From: Ostrea edulis
Lineage: Eukaryota
Assembly: GCF_947568905.1 (NCBI RefSeq)
Contig: NC_079172.1
Span: 18,724,001 to 18,788,000 of the forward strand
Length of the DNA stretch: 64,000 bases
Direction: 5' to 3'
The notes beneath the pieces are model-generated. The model did not search any database. It was not told the origin of the DNA and saw nothing but the letters and a program-made list of their open reading frames with translations. The position numbers and the translations under genes are program-made. Positions 37,879-52,264 of the stretch are shown in pieces (the first letter of the stretch is position 1; each line of letters begins with the position of its first letter).

Positions 37879-39555
37879 TCTGATATTAGGTCTCACTTCA
37901 GCATGGAAGGTTAGAACAATGTGAATTACCGCATTGTGACATGGTTATAATATCCTTTCATCACATGTTGATAAAATCAAGTTAATTGCTTCTGTGCTAT
38001 TCCGATGAAGATTCACTCTTTCAGTCACTCCAACTAGCTCCTTGGAGTAAAGTTTATTGATAATGCCAGGCTCGGAGAAAGCTTAGCTTGTAAAGCAGCA
38101 TGATGGGAACTTTGCAGGGACTTAGCATTAGAACTGAGTCATCTTAGTTAACACTATTCACAGTGATTCTCTGAATCCATTGATTAAATATCCACCAGGT
38201 GCTCTTCAGTTATACCTAGGATATTGGGTCATTATTGGTTCCTACAGCATACATGTAATATGAACGCATACACTACATGGTGAATATGATATATTCCGTA
38301 ACAAAGAAGATCAACAGTTTGTCTGTTTTCTCACTTGATCATACATTTGGTACCATATCTTCTGTCCTTCACAAGTGATAAAAAACCCTCTCTTATCATT
38401 TGCTTCCTTTCATCCCTCCAAGAACTCTGAGTTCTGGTGCAGACAGACCGGAACTTTTTAAACTTTATTACCATGACTTCAAAACACAGACAAATTATTT
38501 TGATCCTCATCCCTGGGCCAATATTTTGATGAATTTCTAAGGATTCGGAACTGAGCAATTTCTCACAGCTTGAAATTATATATTTATCCTTGGATAGATA
38601 AGTGTCCAAAGTTCAACAACCATTGCATTATTTTTGGAGCATCGGTCAAAATTTGAACGGCTTCTGCCCCTCCCTCTTTGGATCATGTAACATCTTAAGT
38701 CAAAATCTTAATATTATTTGCCTGCAAATTAAGAGTTTCAGTTCAAAAGTAATGAACATCTTGCTGATGATTGAAATTTTGACTTTAGTCCGAGTTTGTT
38801 ACGTGATCCCTGGGTCAGGTTTGCTTCATTGCCGGTTGAAAATTAAAGAAACACTTTAGTTTAAATACCAATCGGACTATATACCAAATTATATATCAAC
38901 ATCTGGAAATGTTAGCACCACTCTATGTTAATTTTATACTGATGAAGCCATTATAAAGAATGTATATATTCAGAAGAAAGAAAAAAAAAATGCTCGCATG
39001 CAGATGCAGGATTTGTCAAATCAACCTAATATGTATAGAAGGGTATCTGATTATTTAGTAGATGAAGTCCTGTACCTAACTTACTGGCTATACAGATGAA
39101 CCGATTCACCCATGGCTAAATATTGAATACCATTATTGCTATCTTTAATATCAAAGTGCCTTTCACAGGCACTAGTTATTGATTGACATATATACTGTTT
39201 AATTTGTGTGCAAATGATACAGTATTAATGTCAAAAAGCCATAAATATTTCGGAGAAATTCGTTTAAATGTAAAAATTAATTATTGAAAGAATATCAAGT
39301 TTTGCTGAAAGAAAAATTTGTATATCATTAAATGGCTATAGAATTTGAGCAAGAAATCTTATTCTCTATTTGCTTGGATGATTATTAAGGGGGAAAAAAG
39401 ATAAGTTTATCTATAATTTATGATATTGATTATTAAAATCATTGTATGGCTCGGCATGATAGGGTTAACATTATTTGTATATAGTTAATTCTCATTAAAA
39501 AGCCTCCTTTTGTGATTCCATAAATGATGTAATTCTATAGCAGGATATGTATGTA

Positions 39556-40838
39556 CAGTCAAACCTTTATCAAGAGACAGTCCAACGGAGAATCAAAAAA
39601 CGGTCACATATGACAGGTGGTCTCTTAATACAGGTTGCTTATTTTTTGCAGTAAATGCATTTCACAAATAATATACAGATTGTACAATGGAGAAAATAAA
39701 TATACATGTATTTGAAATTCATTATTAAGAATATCAAGAATGGTTTTAATAATTGTGAAATAAAATTGATAATCAAAATTTATTATTCATAAAAAATTAC
39801 ATGTAATCTGTTTAAGTATGATAAAATTTACATGCATTTCATATTACATGAGATTTAGATCTCATTTATGAAATGCATGCAAATTTTCTAAAACTTAAAA
39901 CCATTTTGTTGTAAAGAGTATTTATGTATAGCCTACTTGTAGCTGAAAAAATGCAGTGCTTCTTTGGTGGTAAGAGCAAGTGATGAAATGTTGCATCTCC
40001 TTTCGTACAATGCTAGAAATGTGGTTTTCTTTCAAATTGAAAGACATTCAATAAATCACAATATCCATTGTGCACAGCAAATCTTTTAACTTTTGAACTA
40101 ATGCAGACAACTTTCTTGAACTCGGATGTGTCAAACACTCGGGATATGTCGAAGTGAGTCGCTATTGATTCCATGGTTCTGAAAACCTTGGGTATCTCAT
40201 ACAGGAAGGTCACAAATGCTTCAGTTAATTTCAGTCCCTAGCACAATATTTACCTGATTTATAATTCCAGTCATGTTAATTTTCAACTCTGATGAACATA
40301 ATGGTATACCGGGTGGGAGATTTCATATCCTATCTACCCCACATATCTTAAAGTCTGTCAAAATTCTTCGAAAATAGCCTTGACTCCCTGATCCTTGATT
40401 TTGTTAAATAAACAAAAACTTGGGTTTTGTTAATGAACCCCACATGACCCTGCATGTTGATTTCCCGTTAACCAATTGATAGCTTGGGTATAAGAATTTA
40501 TTCAAGTTCTGACTAAACAAGATCATCGGCAAACTATTACCCATTTTTTAAAACGAAAGTGTTAGGTGCGATACTTCCCAGAATTGTCATGCTCGACCGA
40601 AATCAGAAGTAGGAATTGCATTGTAATTGAAAAATATACAGTCGTTAAATACTAGCTGGTAAAATTTAAATTACACAAATACGTTGAATAGGTTGTAAAA
40701 AATCATGGTTGTTGGTCGCTTCAGACAGGTGGTCATTTAATACAGGTACAATAGATAGGGTAACGTCTTGGGGGGGGGGGGGGGGGGGGGTTGACTGTCA
40801 CATGACAATACAGTGGGTCGCTAAGGCAGTTTTGACTG
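39556..40838. mobile_element. TA-flanked non-autonomous Tc1/mariner (pogo/Tigger-like) element, 1283 bp
   Basis: TA|CAGTCAAACC ... GTTTTGACTG|TA; subterminal ACAGGTGGTC..TTAATACAGGT near both ends. Confidence 0.7.
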
Positions 40839-40948
40839 TACATGCATTTTCATTTTAGTATTCATTTATCACACATGTAAAGTGTTGACAGAACAGAACT
40901 AGTAGACATTATACAAAAGATTGAGAGAGAGATATGTCGACAAATATA

Positions 40949-42383
40949 CAGTGGAACCCCGTTATTACGTTTTCCATTTTGTCACGATAAAATAACGTAA
41001 TACCGGGGGCAACGTAATAAACGTTCCCAGTTAAATCCGTTAAAAATATCATTTGGAAATTGTATATCGTCCGTTGGTACTCCGTGAAGGGGTGTGTGAA
41101 TATATCTTTACTGTTTCTTTGTTTAAAAGACTATGATACTTTGTTTTATTTACATCTTATCTTTAATGTCCGTAATTCTTCGTGTTCTTATCCCTTTTCT
41201 TTAATTCGGTGTAGGATACATAAGGATGTTTTGATAAACGTTGCTTTTTCTGCATTCGTTTGGACCGCCATTTTGTTCAACTTTAAAACAATGCGTTCAT
41301 GTAAATTTCTCTCAATAACTCGTTCCGGTTCGTATTCAACATTCGTATTTAAAAAATAACAAAACATCGTTTTTATTAAGTTCTCTAATTACACAATACA
41401 CAACACAATAAAAAAATCCCACCCCAAAAACAACAAAACTATAGACACAAAACGCACACGATACCCGTGTTGGGTATCGTGTGCGTTTTGTGTCTATAGT
41501 TTTGTTGTTTTTGGGGTGGGATTTTTTTTTGCACACTTCTCACCAACGATAAACATGCACGGAGAACAATTTAAGCGCAATCCACATAAAAAAAAAATAT
41601 AATGATGCACGAAGATTTCATTTATAACGCTAAATGATGGCACTAAAATCACGTGCGCTTCAAGGGATTTTAAAATATTCACTGAGGTAAATGCCGTGCA
41701 CAAATCGGCCGATAGATTGGTGTATGTATGGACGAGATTTACGAACACCCAAGCTGCATGTCCAAACAACGAACAATTTTTTTAATTGAACACCTTTAGT
41801 GACCTATGTCCAAGCAGTTACCCAAGCGGTTGTAACATTGCTACGATAAATTTTGTCTTTCTTGTTTGGTACCAAAGCTGTCCGTGAATAGAGTTTTAAT
41901 AGCGAAGGTAATAACACTATGCTGAACACGCAGGTGGTTGAGAAATTATTTCTTTGATTATCAAAATATGAAAAATGAAGTAAATTTCATAAAGTACAAT
42001 TTCTAAATAAACATTATTTAATTGTTTATCACTGGCTTCTATACGGGGTATTCACCTGTATTGATGTCGCTAGATCTATGGAAGCGTGATCAGTCAAGCG
42101 TCTCTAATCCCCAAACAGACCAGGAAATTTACGTGGTGACTGCCTCAGGCAGTCAAGGTGTGAATGGCTTATTATTTTGAGAATCACTATTGAATAATTA
42201 AGGGTTTATTACGTTTTTGTCGGAATATTTACAACGTAATACCGAGTCCCGGCATTTTAGGACAACGTAATAACGAGGTCTATTTTATATAGGTTTGTTA
42301 AGAAATGGTTTTGTGCTTTGAAATTCCAACGTAATATGCGGACTAACGTAATAAAGGGAGAACGTAATAACGGGGTTCCACTG
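40949..42383 (+). mobile_element. TA-flanked non-autonomous pogo/Tigger-like element, 1435 bp (copy 1)
   Basis: Perfect TIR CAGTGGAACCCCGTTATTACGTT / AACGTAATAACGGGGTTCCACTG, TA on both sides, ACGTAATA subrepeats. Full-length inverted homolog at 59437-60859. Confidence 0.92.
41410..41528. repeat. perfect 57-bp inverted repeat with 5-nt spacer
   Basis: 41410-41466 is the exact reverse complement of 41472-41528; spacer GTGTT. Confidence 0.97.
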
Positions 42384-42833
42384 TATCAGCCTCTGTAATG
42401 TGACAATTAAATGCAAAGTGCATGTACAGGTGAACTGAATATTGACTTCTTTCAGTATCCTTAATTAGATCAGTTAATATAAATAAAGTGGAAAAGTTCA
42501 TGTAGTTGCCATAAAATGAATGACGTTTTTCTGCTGATGTCATTTAATGATTGTCTATTTGGGTGGGTAATATATTGGTTACTGAACTTGCATTGTCATT
42601 CGGCTTGTCATTTGCAAACTCAGAGAAAGCTGTGAAATGATGATTCTGTTGCCTTGGTTATCCCATATTACAGTTTATAATTTTGCTTGTAAAAGCTGGT
42701 CACATAATTAAAATGCTTGTGTGGAAAATAGATTGATTTAATTAGCATATATACATACCAACATCATGGCTTTCTGTTTAAAAACCTTTGTTAAAATCTT
42801 TTACAAAATTCAAGAGTTGAATTCGTTTGTACT

Positions 42834-43230
42834 TTTTTATGCCCCTAAATCATTTTGGGGCTTATAATTTTTTGTCTGTTTGTCTGCAAAAACTTTAATC
42901 TTGGCCATAACTTTTGAATGGATGGTCACTTTCATATTCTACATGGTATTCCGTGTGACAAGAACTTTCATTTGGTACCTAAATTTTTTACTTTGGAGTT
43001 CGACCTACTATTGTAAAACTTTAACCTTGGTCATAACTTTTGAATGCTTGGTGCTAGGGCTTTCATATTTCACATGTTGTATTCCTTGGGACAAGACCTT
43101 TCTTATGGTACCAAAATGTTTAACCTCCTGACCTTGCAATTTTACCTTCTCTTGAAAAACTTTAACCTAGGTTCAGTTTTTGAATGCTAAGTGATAGGGC
43201 TGTTATGTTTCTCATGTGTTTGTCCTGTTG
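42834..43230 (+). mobile_element. 5' part of Helentron-type element with AAACTTTAACCTTGGCCATAACTTTTGAATG repeats
   Basis: TTTTATGCCCCTAAATCATTTTGGGGC left hairpin, GTCT tract, three degenerate internal units. Confidence 0.65.
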
Positions 43231-43744
43231 AAATATGATAGGTTTTTTAATGACAATTAAGACATTGGTAAATGTAAGTATGTACACGTAATAGTGTTTG
43301 AATAATTGTATTTAATGTTGTGGTACTTAATCAGAGCAGTTAATGCATTTAAGTTGTATATGAATTTGATTTGATTTGACATTTCTACCTCTTTTTCTAA
43401 ATCACTAGTCTTTTGTGCGTATCTGGGTAATTTATTAACGATCTTGATGGTGATGTTAGCAGCTGTATTCAGGACATAGTTTAATAGGTTGTTTAATTTT
43501 AGACAGTGGAATGTGTGGGCCGATCATGCACAATGCATGAGAGTGTCATCTAATTTGATATAAGATTAATGAAGCAGTTTCTGTGTACATTAAGATTTGC
43601 AGTGATTTGACTCCCAATTATGAGTGCCTTTTTAAAAAAATGTATATGCAAGTGAATCAATTTCCAGAATTTCCATGATTTTTATTCTAATACAGGTTTC
43701 AATAATACATATCTTGCAATATTAATTTAATGAAATCAGTGAGC

Positions 43745-45108
43745 TAATTGTTAAGTCTCCCAAACGAAGTTTGGAAACTTGTTGTTTTTGCTCAGTTCTT
43801 CTTCTTTATAATGCTTCCAGACTTCTTTTTCAGAACTGCTTCTTTCTCGTGCCTAAAACTGTCAGACACCGTTCTCTGTAACCAGTTGATAAAAGTATTA
43901 GGATATGATAGGCCAATGTATCTAGATGTGCAGAAATGTTTTTGTTTTCAGATTGAAGTTGGCTGGGATACATTTTGGGGGGGGGGGGGGGGGGGGGGGT
44001 CAAATGGGGGTGGGGTTTAACATAGAACTCTATGGGGAAATAATTATTCCAAAAGTCAACAGATATAACTTGGTAAATATGATAAAGTCCTGGGGTCTTC
44101 GGAAATGAAAAGAGAATGACAGGGCCTACAAAATAGTATCAAGGTTAAGTGACTCCAATGACCTTAACCTCTGACCATGAACATAAAAACTTGTGTAACA
44201 TTTAAACCAGGACTAATAGCGACATGGGATCTTCATAAATGGCAAGAGAATGACAGGACCTACAAACTAGTATCAAGGTCAAGTGACTCCAGTGACCTTG
44301 ACCTCTGAACATAAATTTGGTATTACTTAAGAACTAGGTCTGATAAAGAGATAGGATCTTCAGAAATAATAAAAGGATGATGGGATCTACAAATTGGTAT
44401 CAAGGTAAAGTGATTCCAGTGACCTTGACCTCTTATCTTGAACATACATTTGGTGTAACTTTAGAACCAGGATTTATAGAGACCTGGATCTTTGACCTTG
44501 ATTATAAAAACTCGTATAACTTTAAAACCGGGACTGATAGAAAACATGGGATCATCAACAATGATGAGAGGATGAAGGGATCAAAGTTTTACATGCAAAT
44601 ATATAGGAAAAATCTTTTAAAATCTTCTCCACAAGAACCACTGGGCCAGGAAAGTAGAAATTTACATGAAAGCGCCCTGACATAGTGCAGATTCAAGATT
44701 GTTCAAATCATGGCCCTGGTCGTAGGATGGGGCTACTATAGGGGATCTAAGTTTTACATACAAATATATAGGGAAAGTCATTTAAAATCTTCTGAAGAAT
44801 CACTGGGCCAGAAAAGATTCAAGTTTGTTCAAATCATGGCCCCTGTGGGTAGGATGGGGCCACAAAAGGGGATCAAGGTTTTACATACAAATATATAGGG
44901 AAAGTCTTTAAAAATCTTCTGAAGAATCACTGGACCAGAAAAGTTTACATTTACACAAAAGCTTCCTGACGTAGATTCAAGTTTGTTCAAATCATGGCCC
45001 CCAGGGGAAGGATGGGGCCACAATAGGGAATCATAAATTTACATACTAATGTATAAATTTTTTAGATATGGGCCAAGGTGAGTGATGTGGCCTATGAGCC
45101 TCTTGTTT
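43745..45108. mobile_element. compound block of Helentron-type remnants including Cg170-like monomers
   Basis: Left-end motif CTCCCAAACGAAGTTTGGAAAC at ~43757; TCAAGGTCA...TGACCTTGACC repeats at 44130-44440; Cg170-like units at 44570-45050; right end AGGTGAGTGATGTGGCCTATGAGCCTCTTGTTT. Confidence 0.7.
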
Positions 45109-48016
45109 TAAGATTGTTAGCTGTAACTGAAAAGGTTGATAATTGCTACATATATTTATTTTATCGAAGATGCTGGAAAGTGAATATTTTCCCCTTGGTA
45201 GTTTTTTACTATTTAAGACATATTGATCAGGGAACTGAAGACATTTTATTTAGCTTAATTTGCCCATGTGCATGTAGCTGTCCCCTGTAGATGTCCTGCC
45301 TTAAGGTCCAATTATTTGTGCATTGTATGCCATCAATTTACACCAGCTATTGATGTCCATGTTGTCACTGGTAGACAATTTGCATTCACAGATTGCTATG
45401 ATTGAACTATGTACAACTTTGGTACAGCCACTTTATGTAAATTTAGATCTCCATCCAGATTACTTTGGTAGAAACTTGGTCAATGATTTAATAAGCATGC
45501 ATGCACGAGTTGCCTTTTTGAAGGGTGATTATAAAGGTCTTAAACTGCACTATACCAAACTATATAATCATATAAAGGTGTATGTGAATGGAGACATTAA
45601 GCATGATCTATAGGCAAAGCAGACAATTATAACTTTCAGGTGAAAAAGATTCTTGCCTGTATTTGCTTCAACTCACAAATGATATATTAAACAATTGTTA
45701 TTTTTCTTTCATTCTATTTCTTCTGCAAACCTCGGGTGATATTACTTAAACTTGTTCGCAATGGCAAGCATAAAGGACACACCTAGAGCTACTGTTTAAC
45801 ATTTTACCTTGAAGCTGCTAAATGACCTTTGTACTAGATATGAGTGCATGTTCAGTGTAATAAAAAAAAAGATTGCAATGTAGCAATTTCCAGAATTGAC
45901 TTTACAATGTATGTTTGTTAAACACAATCTGGCCAATGTTACAATGTGTTTGTGCAAGTCATACATTACACTCGTGTTGGGGGGGGGGGACGGAAAAATC
46001 ATATCTATCTGCATGAAAGCAGATACTCTGTATCATAAGTTCATCTTATCAGAAATCAGGAAAGAATTTCTTGTGTTTTGCATTTAACACAAGAATCATT
46101 TTATTTTCTCTTAATATTAAAACTTTTCATTTTAAGATAGTAGGTTCACAAATAACATGAATTATCCTTATATATGATATTCCTAAATTGACTGTGAAAT
46201 GAATTTATTCCGCAGAAGACCTTTAGAAAATTTGTTAAGATTTCAGTAACATCTTTGATAAATACTATTGAATTCCATATACATGTATCACATTGAAAAT
46301 CATGTAATCACGATATAAAAACATCAATTAAGAATGTGAACAATAACACTAAATAAACCAATCATTTATGTTGAAACAGAACGCAGAGCTATTATTGAAA
46401 GTTACAGATAGCTATCGGACCAATATACTTTAGCAAGGTGTATTGAAATTACCTACATATCATTCGCAAATAAACAATACAAATAGATATAATAAGTAAA
46501 CGTGGTCTTTCCGGAATTTCCGCCCGCCATCTTGGGATGATAGTAACGACCAGTTTAATACCAGTGAATATACAAATCTGTATATTGTACTGCTTCACTT
46601 GGGAGAGGTCTATACGTAGGTGATGTAATGAGGCCTCGATGGGGAGTTTGAACCCGGCCTCCATACAGAGACGTAGAAAATTTCAGGTCATCATGTGATA
46701 GCTTTTATCCAATCAATTATCTACAAATTTGTCTGAAGTGGGATAGATTAGTTTGGCTTTAACTTTTTGCTGACTATAGTTGATGATTTCAATAAAATAA
46801 TTGTGCATATCTTTCAAAATATGTGAGTTGGGTTTTTTTTTTTTGGTTAAGTTTTGTTGAAGTTAATGGAAAATGAAACACACTTGTTGAGTTAATATAT
46901 AAAGCATGTTCAATGAGTAAGATTGATATGTTCTTTGAAAAGACAAATATCTATTTTCACGACAAAATGTCATGAATTTAGAGCTCTGAAAAAATCTTGT
47001 CGCGAGCAAAATTTAAAAGTTGGCATGTTACGTAACTGCTTCTACGTGCATTGTGGCACTAGCACTCTAATCTGTTTTAAAAGATAAGCTTTTTACTAGC
47101 ATACACTGGATATTACATTGGATATGTGGAGGGTTTTACTCAAACAAACTTGGAGGATCCAAGAATCAGCAGATTACAGAATTTGTTGTATTATAAAATT
47201 GACAAAATATGTCAAATAACTTTTGAAACTTCAAAAGTGCATGATTTTTATAAAACTTGCATTTTAGTGAGAGTTGATGTACATTTTCCTATTCTCCTGC
47301 TTTTGTCAATACTCGGCTAGCTGGGTGAGGGAAGAAAAAGAAATGCAACTTATAAAAAGATTACCATTGAAATAGAGTTATCTCTCTTGGACTTGAGCTA
47401 CTTGCTGGTTCAGTATTTTTCCTTAGTATTCTACAGTAAAACTTGGGATTATTCTTTTGCTCTTCAGCAGAGAAAATGAGCCTTGACACTACTGCACAGA
47501 GAGAGCACAAACTTGTACAGAGTAAGCAGTAAATTTTATAATATTAAAGCTTTTATGGAGAGAATATAAATATTATGAGCTTTAATTAAAGCTTAAATTT
47601 TGATATTGGAAAAGAATATTGTGCTGCTAAGACAAATATTAAAAATGCATGCATACATGCCAATTTTTAAGAATCCCCATGGGGGATTTTGCCCACAGCG
47701 ACCTTTTTTCAAAGTGTTAAATTCGCAACATTTTGTCATGAAAATAAATACTTGTCTTTGCAAAGAAAATATCAAAATTAATCTAATCATTGTACATGTA
47801 TCATATATTAACACATCAAGCATGTTTGCCCATTAATTTCCAACAAAACTAAAAAACAAAAAAAACACTTTGAGAGATATACATAATTATTTTATTAAAA
47901 TCAACTATTCAGCAAAAAGTTAAAAGTAAACTAACATATCCCCTCCAACAAATAAGTTACATATTATTAAATAATGCTTAAAGTTGTATCCTTTTACCCC
48001 ATAACATGACTGGACT

Positions 48017-48782
48017 ATGAAAGGCGAAGATAACGAACAATGATCAATCTCATAACTCCTGTAAGCAATACAAAATAGATAGTTGGGCAAACACGGACCC
48101 CTGGACACACCAGGGGTGGGATCAGGTGCCTAGGAGGAGTAAGCATCCCCTGTCGACCTGCCATACCCGCCGTGAGCCCTATGTCCTGATCAGGTAAACG
48201 GAGTTATCCGTAGTCAAAATCAGTGTGCCAAGAACGGCCTAACAATATTGGTATGAAACATGTCAGACAGCATTTGACCCAATGATAGGTTGTATTGACG
48301 AACTAGATCGTTATAACGACCATAGAATTTGCGAAATGCTGACTTCAATCGAGACTGTTGAAACCCCTGTACCATCAACTTGTTTGTCAGTAGCTTGCCT
48401 CGATTTAAAAATTGACCATACGCAGAACAAGCTCTTGCGTATCGAATCAGTTGAGAGATATAAACACCATATGCAGGTGATAATGGAATATTGCTACATA
48501 AATATGGGAAGTTGACGATGGAGAAGCTGAAATCATCCCATTTGTCATACAGTTGAGTTGTCAGTTTGCCGTTAATGTCTACTTTCAATAAAATATCCAA
48601 GTATGAAGCAGAAGTGGACGACTCTGTGGTGTCTTTTATTTCGAGCTCACAGGGATATATCGAATCGACATATGAGTGAAAGTTATCATTGTTAATAGAC
48701 AAAACGTCGTCGATATATTTAAATGTTGAATTGAAGGCCACAGCAAGAGATTTCTTCTCTCGTATAAGTTTTGGAATAAATA
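48017..48782 (-). mobile_element. 5'-truncated Penelope-like retroelement: C-terminal half of RT (YIDD, thumb) plus 3' UTR; probably Naiad-type
   Basis: Open frame FIPKLIREKKSLAVAFNSTFKYIDDVLSINN...YLDILL...LYDKWDDFSFSIVNFPYLCSNIPLSPAYGVYISQLIRYARAC...; YIDD Tyr codon at 48717-48715. The ORF stops at 48220 with no C-terminal GIY-YIG domain, which fits the N-terminal-endonuclease PLE clade (inference). The ORF-track N-terminus (MFTDSK...) is flanking DNA. Confidence 0.75.
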
Positions 48783-49927
48783 TATCAAAATCTAAATTAA
48801 AGCACATGCATTTAGTTCTGACTGCAAAAACAATCTTGCTGTCTGTAAACATGGCCTTGCAGATCAGTCTGGTGGAACAATCTGCATTGCAACCAGAAAA
48901 GGAGTGTTCTGCCCTGCCACACAGTTTGCGAACAAAACCTTTGCACCCATGACATCTGAAATGATTATCTCTAATCAGAAGTAGAAAAAATCATCAAAAT
49001 ATGTTTTTAGTAGTAAATTACTTGCTACTTGCTAATATCAAATTCAACATTATAAGTTAACTGGCTAAAGTACAGACTTTTGGGGATTACGTATCATAAA
49101 GTCTGTTAAATACTAGGCCCCCTATAACTTTATGATACTTTGCTATAGATTTGGATAGCCTTTATCATTATAACTGAAAAAATATAGTTGACGTACCTAT
49201 TGCATATCTTGGATGCTGTCAGCCATCCCGAAAGGCGAAAATTTCAGGGAATGCCTGATTGTATGGCGGTAACACTATCATCACTGTCATTCACATTTGT
49301 ATAAAGAATTATGTCAATTTGAAATACGTCTTCCTGATTACTTAGTATCAAAACATGCTCCTCACTGTCCAATAAACACCCCCAACATGAGAAAACCAGG
49401 TAAATTACACCACTCTGATACCACGCGACACGGGTAAACAGCAGCAATGGCTGATTATTGTCCCAATTTCCGATACAAAGAAATGATACGGGGTTTCAAA
49501 TTCAGGTTGGAAATCAGGGTTTGTTGTTGTTAAACGGGAAATATTTTTAGGAAATCGGGATTTTGGGTTATTTTTGTAATTCCGATCAGGATTTGTCTTT
49601 TCAACTGCTTCAAATCGGGATAGTTAGCATGTATGTGCATGAATGAGTTATTCAGTTTGTCTGCACACCATTTTGTGTTATTAACACAATTTATGTAAAA
49701 ACAAACACAAAAAATTGTTCAGTGGTGCATGAACAACACACAGTCCCCTTCCTCAATGTGGAATATACACTGTGAAATAGGTGTTTGTTAACATTGCAAT
49801 ATAACATAGGGCTCTATATAACTGCTATTTATAACTGCAGGGCTGTAGATACATGAGATTCAAACATTGAGGTTTGATTAAACCATTAGTAATTAAAATC
49901 ACCCATAAAGATTAAAGATAATATGTT

Positions 49928-50411
49928 CCAGATATGACCAATCGATCAGATCAGTAATCAATCACTAATCGATAGTAATCAAACACTTGTCGATTGATTA
50001 TATTTACTAATTGATAAAACTCGCCTAAGAGTATGATCGATTACATTTCGATCGATCATACTTGTAAAATCAAAGAACAACGACACTCTCTCTCAATGAT
50101 ACTACTTGTAATTAATTCACACCTAGTTAGGTAATGATAACGCAACATATCTAAAAGACTCAAATTTATAACCTGAATGTTCAATAGCTGGAAAAGTTAA
50201 TAAAATTCAGATTTACAATTAGAAGTCTCATCACCAGTTACATTTACAATATCTATAATCATATGTAAACTTTTGTTCTTTGATTTTACAGCTATTATCA
50301 ATCAGAAATCTATCGAAATGTAATCAAACTCTTTGGAGAGTTTGATCAATTAGTAAAGGTAATCAATCGACAAGTGATTGATTACTGATCTGATCAATTA
50401 GTTATGTCTGG
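49928..50411. mobile_element. long-TIR MITE with apparent 6-bp TSD
   Basis: ~150-bp imperfect inverted arms (CCAGATATGACCAATCGATCAGATCAGTAATCAATCAC / GTGATTGATTACTGATCTGATCAATTAGTTATGTCTGG); TATGTT on both flanks. Confidence 0.75.
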
Positions 50412-52264
50412 TATGTTACAACAAGTGTATTTCTGAGTCAGACACATATATGTTGTAATATTACTGACTGAAGTCTTTTGGGAGCATATTAGCAAAGTAA
50501 TGCTGTCTGGCTACCGTAGAGAAATTAGATTTTTCCTTCATGGATTTTATGTAGTCTGTTTTGTAGTTAATGTGCAGGCTTAATTGGTTTTTACGAGCAG
50601 AGGATTAGGAAATTATAGTTTGGCCTTAAATGTGTAGACTGTCTGCTGCTACCAGATGCATGGTGTTCTGTCTTGATGAGCCCTTAACTCAGTTTGAGGA
50701 AATAAAATCTTGAAGAAACTGCACAAGACAAGAAAAAATCTTGAAATTGCATGAGACAAGAAAAAATCTTGAAACTGCACAAAATATAGAAAGAAACGAT
50801 AAAGGACATATCGCATGTTACTAAACTTTTGAATTTTTGTAGCAAAATTAATTCTTTGCATGCCTAAAATGACCTTAAATGTGTTTTAAATAAGAAAATT
50901 TGCGTAATTTTTTAGTTTGAAAATGACAAGATTTAAATCTTGCGATATTCATATTTTCTCCCTGTATTTAAAGCGCCATTATGTGCAACATCACGACCTG
51001 GAGCGGGAAGGTTTGAAAACAGCTAGCTGTTCACCATTTTATAAATGGACTAGAATTATAATCTACTAAAAAAGCCAATTATCATGTTAATGGCTTCTAG
51101 GTAACATTGCGTTAGGGTGTTTTGCGCCAGCAGTTACAAGTACTAGCTGTTAGAAGAAGGGACCAAGACTGACTTTTTAAAAAAAAAATTGAAGGAACCC
51201 TCCTTCCTGAGGTGTGACGCAGCCTTCCAAATTCTGTACAAAATGAAATAAACAAATATGAACATATTGAATGAATATACAGTATCAAATGCCATATTGT
51301 TGCACCATACTTTCGTATGGATATAAGTGGTAGGCCTATAGTTAATAAAGAACAAACCCATGATTAATAAACAAACACATGACTGGTAATGATGATTATC
51401 AAAAGATAAATTAATTTTCTTGGTCTCCATTATATATAGACTTAAAATTCCTGAGAAATATTAAAATTACAATTTCATATTTGCTACTGTACTTTTCAAA
51501 AACATCAAAACAAATTTGTTAATGATATAAGCGATGGATGTAAACAGAGTCTTTATAGGTAAGAGGAATTTCAGTAATAGGCCTCTGTGCTTTCTTTATG
51601 TATCCTGTTATAGATTTTCAGTTTAAAGGTAGATAACTTGAACCTACTTTGTGAAAATTGAGATAATTGTCTCTAATTGCTAAAATCTCGGTAAACCGAC
51701 CACCCCTCTAAACCGTTGGGGTTTTTTTTTTGGTCCGAGAGCCACCGGTTTAGAGAAGTTTCTCAATTATTTCTAGGGCTATGGCTATTATGAGGTCAAT
51801 AAGGCACGAGTATTTTTGTAGATGTAAGTTGTTAAAGGTATAAATCTAACAGAAAACATTAACATGGCTCATTCATTATGAAGATAAGTAAAATTACACT
51901 TAACCAATCCAACTTTAAGCATTGCGTATTTCAAATTGTTTACTGTTTATTATCATCCGGCCACCATATTGTTTTTTACATACTGGGTATTTTCAGCATG
52001 CAACCCCAGCAAAATTGAGTGAAAGTAATTGTATATACGTTGTTTTGTTTCATTTGGTTTAGATAATTCATATGTAACATATGAATGATTTCATTTATTC
52101 GTGTAAAATATCTGAAATAATAATGTATACCAGTCTGTGTGTTTAATATCAGAGTTATTTTTCTTTCCCCCTCCTTCCTTCCTGTCTGCTTCCTTATTAA
52201 CCATTTAGAAAGTGTTAGAAAGCAATTTTTCATCTCCATATGATGGTGGTTTTTTTTTAAAATA

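Noticed and set aside
40770-43999. Poly-G runs (21 G at 40770-40790; 23 G at 43977-43999) as functional G-quadruplexes
   Set aside because: Both lie inside repeat remnants, and homopolymer length is unreliable in assemblies.
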